From assembly GCA_030295235.1 (NCBI GenBank), contig AP026131.1:682001-746000 (forward strand): a stretch of DNA of 64,000 nt. The letters are read 5' to 3'. The stretch is from Fistulifera solaris. Its lineage: Eukaryota. A program made the translations under genes and the position numbers. The notes beneath the pieces were generated by a model. That model was not told the DNA's origin. It did not search any database and worked only from the letters and a program-made list of their open reading frames with translations. Below, piece after piece: positions 58,443-64,000 of this stretch; position 1 is the stretch's first letter; every line of letters starts with the position of its first letter.

Positions 58443-59390
58443 CTAATCTGTTTCTACTGTTACCATGTAATCAAAACCCAACTGAAGAGCACCAGTCGGG
58501 GATCGCAGCGTCGCGGCCAGGCTCTCCTTTTCTAAATCATCTAGTTGTAGGGCCATCGCTTTTGACAAAGCACTGTTGTTGAACAAAGGAAGTTTCGATC
58601 TCGCTACATTGATTTGGCGCACCATTGTCGCATGTCGATAGAGAATGGGAAACTTCTTGGACGCAACAAGTTGCAACCCCGCAATTTGGTCGCATTGTCG
58701 CTCAATCCATTCCAGAGGGTATTCTCTATAGCATCGATGTCCCGCCAGTAATATACACGCATCTCTGACCTGTCGAATTCGACACATGACATTCGCATCT
58801 CCGTCGACTCGGTCCGGCAATGGCTCCAAGCCTACTATATACATACGGCCACCCGGTTTTAACAAAGCGGTGAGCTTGGGAAGCATTTGATCTTGTTGGT
58901 AGGGCGAAAATCCGTCCATAGCACCGATCAAATAATCGACCAGTATGGTATCGTATTGTTGGTGCTCCAAGTTGAGCCTATTACTCTCGGATCCGAACCA
59001 ATTGCCGATAAGTATCTCTCCGATGGTGTCGACACCGAGCGCTTCGGCCTCTTTTTGTACATTGAGCTGCATGGTCGTATCCGCAGTAATGGCTGTGAAG
59101 GATGTCATTCCCTTTTCCGGCAATGTCGCGATCCAGCGAAGTGAATGCATTCCCGTGCCCGCATCCAAGACTTTACCGAAGGGACGATGTTCGTGTTGCG
59201 CTTCGATAGACCCGAACAATGCGTCATCTTTCCCGTACACGAGGCGTTTTTTCGCCTCAGAATCCATAGTAGTGGCTTGTCGCAACACGTTGAATAGGCG
59301 CGGACAAATGTGGGAGCGGTTGAAGAAGAATGCCGATGATTTCGGTGAAGACACGAAAATGAGGAATGGCGATAGCGTGCCCCAGTGCAT
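58443..59390 (-). CDS. Class I SAM-dependent methyltransferase-like protein, possibly plastid-targeted (alternative start 59267)
   Basis: Motif I VLDAGTG, YDTILVD, LLKPGGRMYIVG; upstream MHWGTLSPFLIFVSSPKSSA-F. Confidence 0.8.
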   Translation of the reverse strand: MHWGTLSPFLIFVSSPKSSAFFFNRSHICPRLFNVLRQATTMDSEAKKRLVYGKDDALFGSIEAQHEHRPFGKVLDAGTGMHSLRWIATLPEKGMTSFTAITADTTMQLNVQKEAEALGVDTIGEILIGNWFGSESNRLNLEHQQYDTILVDYLIGAMDGFSPYQQDQMLPKLTALLKPGGRMYIVGLEPLPDRVDGDANVMCRIRQVRDACILLAGHRCYREYPLEWIERQCDQIAGLQLVASKKFPILYRHATMVRQINVARSKLPLFNNSALSKAMALQLDDLEKESLAATLRSPTGALQLGFDYMVTVETD

Positions 59391-59831
59391 GGAAGCAGTC
59401 CGCACTTTTCTCTTGTCTTTTTCTTGCGCAATCACTTGCACGAACTAGTTAAAGGATGAAAAGAATGAGAAGCTTCTCCCTTTGCTTAAGATCCTCTGAG
59501 AAAGGCGGTATTAAAATGGATAGCCCTTTGCGTCGTTTATGTTTGCTTCATTCATTATTCATTACAGTAAGGAATTCATTATGTTTTATGTTTGGGTCGT
59601 CCTGCATGTCTGTCCGTTTGGCGGTGCTGTACGTGACACCTAACGGGATTAATCGAACTCGGGAACCAAAATTCCTTCCGACTTTTTCTTCCAAAAATTC
59701 GAATGCCGAAATTTGTTCCTTCGGAAGATGATGATGATAATTCTTCTCTTTCGAAACAGTCTTTACGAGTCAATCGAAGCGTACAAATAATAAGAATTTC
59801 CTTTTTCAGTTCTTAGTGACAGCTCTCAACT

Positions 59832-60560
59832 ATGGACCTTTTGTTTTTCGAACAGTTCCGGTATCTCCAACTGAACCAAGCTGCCGCCGACGGAGATCTG
59901 CCATTCGTCGAACAATTGGCGTCCTATGCGGATAACAGGACGCTACTCATCGCTTGTCAACGCGGACACGCCGAAATAGTCCATTTTCTCCTTATGAATT
60001 GTTCACAACTGGATGTCGAAGCCGGCGACCCAGTTCATGATCGATCCCCTTTGGGCTGGGCTTGTCAGAAGGGTCATTTAGAGGTTGCTCGTCTTCTTAT
60101 TGAGAAATACAAATGTTCCCTGGAGAGGACTGATGAAGATGGGTCGACGGCGTTGCATTTGGCGTGCAGTGGAGGACACTTGGATGTGGCACGTTTGTTG
60201 GTGCAAAACTCGGCGCACGTCGATTGTCGAGATCATGTGGGCGCGACTCCCTTGTATTTGGCGAGCGATGCGGGATACGGAGACATGGTACGCTTTTTAC
60301 TCGATGACGCATTGGCCAGTATCGATGTTAGTGACGATTTTGGTTGGACGCCTCTCTTTCTGTCGGTCATGAACGCTCAGCGTTCGGTGTGTGGCAACGG
60401 CGTGCTTCACATTCTACTCGAACGAGGCGGCGATATACACGCGGCGACATTTACGGGGGACACTCCTATGAAACGAGCAGTAGTCTCTGGTCTGTTGGAC
60501 CCTTTGTATGGAATTCTGCGGACACGACCGGAGGAGTGGGAAACATGGCACCGCGGGTAG
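59832..60560 (+). CDS. Ankyrin repeat protein
   Basis: SPLGWACQKGHLEVARLL, TALHLACSGGHLDVARLL, TPLYLASDAG, TPLFL. Confidence 0.92.
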   Translation: MDLLFFEQFRYLQLNQAAADGDLPFVEQLASYADNRTLLIACQRGHAEIVHFLLMNCSQLDVEAGDPVHDRSPLGWACQKGHLEVARLLIEKYKCSLERTDEDGSTALHLACSGGHLDVARLLVQNSAHVDCRDHVGATPLYLASDAGYGDMVRFLLDDALASIDVSDDFGWTPLFLSVMNAQRSVCGNGVLHILLERGGDIHAATFTGDTPMKRAVVSGLLDPLYGILRTRPEEWETWHRG

Positions 60561-60739
60561 AAAAGTGAAAGTAGAATTTGCTCGTACTTGGGGTATCGCA
60601 TTCGTTTTTACCTCCTTTCCATACCTAGCTACTAGATCAGAACTTGGTTAGTATCACACAATATTTTTAACTCCGAAATTACCAGCACCCCGACGAGAAG
60701 GATGGTGTGATCCTATAGTCGTCTATAGTGACAAAAGCA

Positions 60740-61475
60740 GTCAACGATCCGGAAGCTTTTTCAAAGCCTCAAATCAGAATGTTGTGTTTCAAAGAAAACA
60801 GTAATATAAAAGTCTTAAAATTGATTGTTCATTTTGTTTTATCATTATTTGTGGCCCTGTTTGTCGCTGTTCCATTCGTTTTCCGTAGTTGGAGCGTGAC
60901 TGAAATTCAGTCTCGGTCTCCGTGAACCAACACACTGACCCTATAGTGGAAATTGCATTATCCGGTCCGGAAGCTTTTCGAAGGCGTAAATCAAAACGTT
61001 GTGTTTCAAGTAAAAACCGCAAACTATCTCGACAACCGTAAGAGGCGAGTTTGATTATTCATTTTGTTTTATCATCAATTGTGGCCCAGCTTGTCGCTGT
61101 TCCATTCGTTTTCCGTAACTGGAGCGTGACTGCAATTCAGTCGCGGTCTCCTTGAACCAACACACTAACCCTATAGTGGAAATTGCATTAACCGGTCCGG
61201 AAGCTTTTCGAAGGCTCAAATCAAGATTTTGCGTTTCAAATGAAAGCCGTACTTTATCTAGACACCCAAAAGGTTAAGTTTATTATTCATATGTCCTATC
61301 ATAATGTGTGGTCCAGCTCGTCGCCGTTATATTCATTTTCCGTAATTGGAGCGTGACTGCAACTCAGTCGCGGTCTACTTGAACCAACACATTGACCCTA
61401 TAGTGGCAATTTCAGTGAACGGTCCGGAAGCTTTCGAAGGCTCAAATCAAGATGTTGCGTTTCAAATGAAAGCTG
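60740..61475. repeat. Diverged ~220-230 bp tandem repeat, 3 copies plus a partial copy
   Basis: TCCGGAAGCTTT..AAG..T.AAATCA recurs at ~60748, ~60966, ~61196 and ~61423; GGAGCGTGACTG..A.TCAGTC.CGGTCT...TGAACCAACAC...CCCTATAGTGG in three units. Confidence 0.9.
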
Positions 61476-61849
61476 TAATTCATCTTTTATCTTGACACCC
61501 GATCCATGCTGGAGAATGCGATGATGGCATTGCTGTACAATAGACACGAACACACTGATAATACTTTCCCACCATACCTGGTACAGGCATTTTTAACCTT
61601 CTATACCCCAAATATTGTATGCTCAATTTTGCGCGACTGGATTTCAGTCACGAGACAAACGCGATGGTGAAAAAGTGAAAATAATAAAGTGAAATAAAAG
61701 TCGTCGTCGTTTTATAATCGTATCATTGTGGTTTGGTTTCTTTAATTACGACTGATAAGCATTTGTTGCTATTTGATTGTAAAGCCTGCTCGTTTTACTC
61801 CGCGGCTGAAGCGGCAATTCCAAACGAATCGAACGAGCGCTTGAAAAGA

Positions 61850-62044
61850 ATGGCACCCCCACCGCCAGCACAACCACCCGACAAGCTGAGAGACGGCCCG
61901 TGTGCCGAGATTTACAACAAACTAGAAGCTTGTCGGCAGAGAGTAGCCGCGAAATCTCCTCAACAAGCGCTTACGATATGTGTCAATGAAACAGATCAAC
62001 TGATCAAGTGCGTTCATAAACATCCCGCCTATTTCCAGCAATAA
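61850..62044 (+). CDS. Small twin-CX9C (CHCH/GCK-like) protein
   Basis: GPCAEIYNKLEAC...CVNETDQLIKCVHKHPAYF contains two CX9C motifs. Confidence 0.75.
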   Translation: MAPPPPAQPPDKLRDGPCAEIYNKLEACRQRVAAKSPQQALTICVNETDQLIKCVHKHPAYFQQ

Positions 62045-62071
62045 AGGATAGCATATTATGATATTAACTTA

Positions 62072-63541
62072 CTACAATTTACTCAATGCGGCTGCCGACT
62101 CTAGCATATTCACTTCTTCTGTATCCAATGTCCAACCCAGACAGCCCAGGACTTCTTTGGCCTGCGTGGGACTGTTGACTTCGGGTAAAGGAACACCACC
62201 TTTGGCAATCACGTAATTGAGTGCTACTTGCGTCGTGGTAATGTCCGTATTGATTTGCGGCGGTGGTCCGTACTTGCTTTTGAATCGTTCTTGGGTGTCA
62301 CGCATGTTTCGAATCACTCTTGTTCGGACTCTTTCGGCCACTGTTTCCAGTACGCTATGAACTGCTTGGTACTTTTCGAGCTCTTTGAAGGTGTACTTCT
62401 TGTTGCTGCTCGACAGGGAAAGGACTCCTCTTCCGCCGCCGGTTGGATTCATGGCGGTGAAAATACCACTCGCCAAACCATTGTCGAGAGGGTTTGTGAT
62501 AAGAGGAATCACATTGAATTCTTTGCAAATGTCAATCAAGGCTTCATTCTTCCGATTTGTCAAGGAAAAATCAAAGGCATTGCTGGTGAGACTGTAGTCG
62601 GCCGCCGCCAACTGATTGCACAATTTACGGATCTTGCGACCATTCGTGACACCAACGACACCGACCGTATTTGCTTGACCGGATTCAAGCACCGCAATGA
62701 GTCCTTTGGACAATGCGCTGGTACTACTGTACCGTGAGTAAGGAACTTGCAAGAGCTCAATGGTGGATAAATCACCTAGTTTCGTCAGCGACTTTTCCAG
62801 TGAATTCACCATAGCCTTTTCTGTCGTCACGACTGTATTCATGGAAAGCGTCGCGAGTACGGTTGGTAACACATTTCCCGAGTAAGTTTCCGCAATCTGA
62901 CATTCCGGAACACCCTCGGGTCGTTCGGCCAAACATCGTTTCAAGATATCGTGCGCACTCATCGTTCCACCATACGAGGCGGAAGTCTCCACAAACGTAA
63001 TGCCCGCAGCGAGCAAATCATTGTACGCCAATTGAATATCACCCGGCACAAACAAACCCGACTTGATGGCCCGTTTGGTCAATTTTCCGCTCGCAACAAA
63101 GTTTCGTTTCGGATCACCCCACGCGATGGTCGTAATGCCCATGCGATTGGGAATATGGAAATCATTTTCGTCCTCATAATCGGCCATGTAGTCGACAATC
63201 GGGGTATCGTATTTTGGTTTTGTGTCGCTGTCTTTTTCTTTCTTCTGGTCGGTAGTTTCTTTCGGGGCTTTATTGCGAACGGGTCGTTCCGTTTTGAAGG
63301 CTGGCAAATTGCTGAGATCCAAATCGACCGTGGGTTCCTCCGGCAGCGAAGGAGTTTCTTCCTGTTTCCGCTGTCGCTTAATTTGATTGCGTTTTCCTAT
63401 GAGTTTGGAGACTTCATCGTCCTCCGGTGTACTACTGAAACGAGCTGTGGTCGGTCGTGTCGTGGGCGCCCACAGCATAAACGCCTCATGGCTCGGTGCC
63501 AGCAAAAGTAGGGAAACCCCAATGGCGATGGGTCGGAACAT
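62072..63541 (-). CDS. Plastid-targeted aldo/keto reductase-fold protein
   Basis: Signal ending HEA-FM; RMGITTIAWG, GITFVETSASYG, SLEKSLTKLG, VGV, PLDNGL, TQVALNYVIAKGGVPLP, LGWTL. Confidence 0.82.
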   Translation of the reverse strand: MFRPIAIGVSLLLLAPSHEAFMLWAPTTRPTTARFSSTPEDDEVSKLIGKRNQIKRQRKQEETPSLPEEPTVDLDLSNLPAFKTERPVRNKAPKETTDQKKEKDSDTKPKYDTPIVDYMADYEDENDFHIPNRMGITTIAWGDPKRNFVASGKLTKRAIKSGLFVPGDIQLAYNDLLAAGITFVETSASYGGTMSAHDILKRCLAERPEGVPECQIAETYSGNVLPTVLATLSMNTVVTTEKAMVNSLEKSLTKLGDLSTIELLQVPYSRYSSTSALSKGLIAVLESGQANTVGVVGVTNGRKIRKLCNQLAAADYSLTSNAFDFSLTNRKNEALIDICKEFNVIPLITNPLDNGLASGIFTAMNPTGGGRGVLSLSSSNKKYTFKELEKYQAVHSVLETVAERVRTRVIRNMRDTQERFKSKYGPPPQINTDITTTQVALNYVIAKGGVPLPEVNSPTQAKEVLGCLGWTLDTEEVNMLESAAALSKL

Positions 63542-64000
63542 TTTTCGAGTTTTTACTATTGATACTGGGGCCTGAGGCAACGGTTATATGGGAAATGAGA
63601 AAGAATGTCGACGACGACGACGATCGAGATCGCGAGTGTGTTGACGTTGAAATCAAAAAAATCGATCCGATTGATCGATGCAAGCGAGCGGCATTCATCG
63701 TCGCGTTCGCAAGTGCGTATGGAATGGCAGACGGATCAGTCCCCATAAAACTCGGGAATGAAACGAAGAACGAGAAAGAATGCAATGCCTCCGGTAAGGT
63801 TAGGCGTTAGGAAATCACAGCGTCATGGTCTTCGAGACAACGACTGGATTGGCGGCACTATGGGACAAAGAGTAAGAAGTTGACACCAACTTTCTGAGCC
63901 AGCCAGCGAACCCCAAAAGAATGCCGCGAAGATGATCTTTCGTTCGGTACTATAATCATAAAGTGTAGTCTGGACAGAAGGAAGCCTTCGTAACGGTACT

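Noticed and set aside
63486..63810. ORFs upstream of the AKR-like gene
   Set aside because: Overlap the AKR 5' region and its promoter; low complexity with no recognisable product

Overview
Gene-dense eukaryotic nuclear DNA, almost certainly from a diatom (short GT-AG introns, signal peptides followed by Phe as in bipartite plastid targeting, a membrane hybrid histidine kinase, Tic22, an HSF). Recognisable genes: hybrid His kinase, F-box/DUSP-like protein, two paralogous protein kinases, an HSF, two convergent globins, a TMEM128-like protein, a MET1-like TPR protein, NDUFS7, PP2C, MCM8, a P2B-type Ca2+-ATPase, Tic22, an SPX-MFS transporter, a SAM methyltransferase, an ankyrin protein, a twin-CX9C protein and an AKR-fold protein. 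The standout is an ~18 kb cluster (22.8-40.9 kb) of seven apparently intronless genes for secreted proteins. They are built only of bacterial-type CBM6-like carbohydrate-binding modules (about 17 in total) joined by Pro/Thr/Ala/Gly-rich repeats, most carry an R-X-L processing motif, and none has a catalytic domain. Also present are a 1.63 kb non-autonomous TIR element with ~335 bp TIRs and a CAG target duplication, an element made of palindromic repeats, and three unrelated ~220-290 bp tandem repeat arrays. Many genes show single-base frameshifts, often at homopolymers, which suggests uncorrected long-read assembly errors rather than pseudogenes. All family calls are by-eye motif recognition; no database searches were run.
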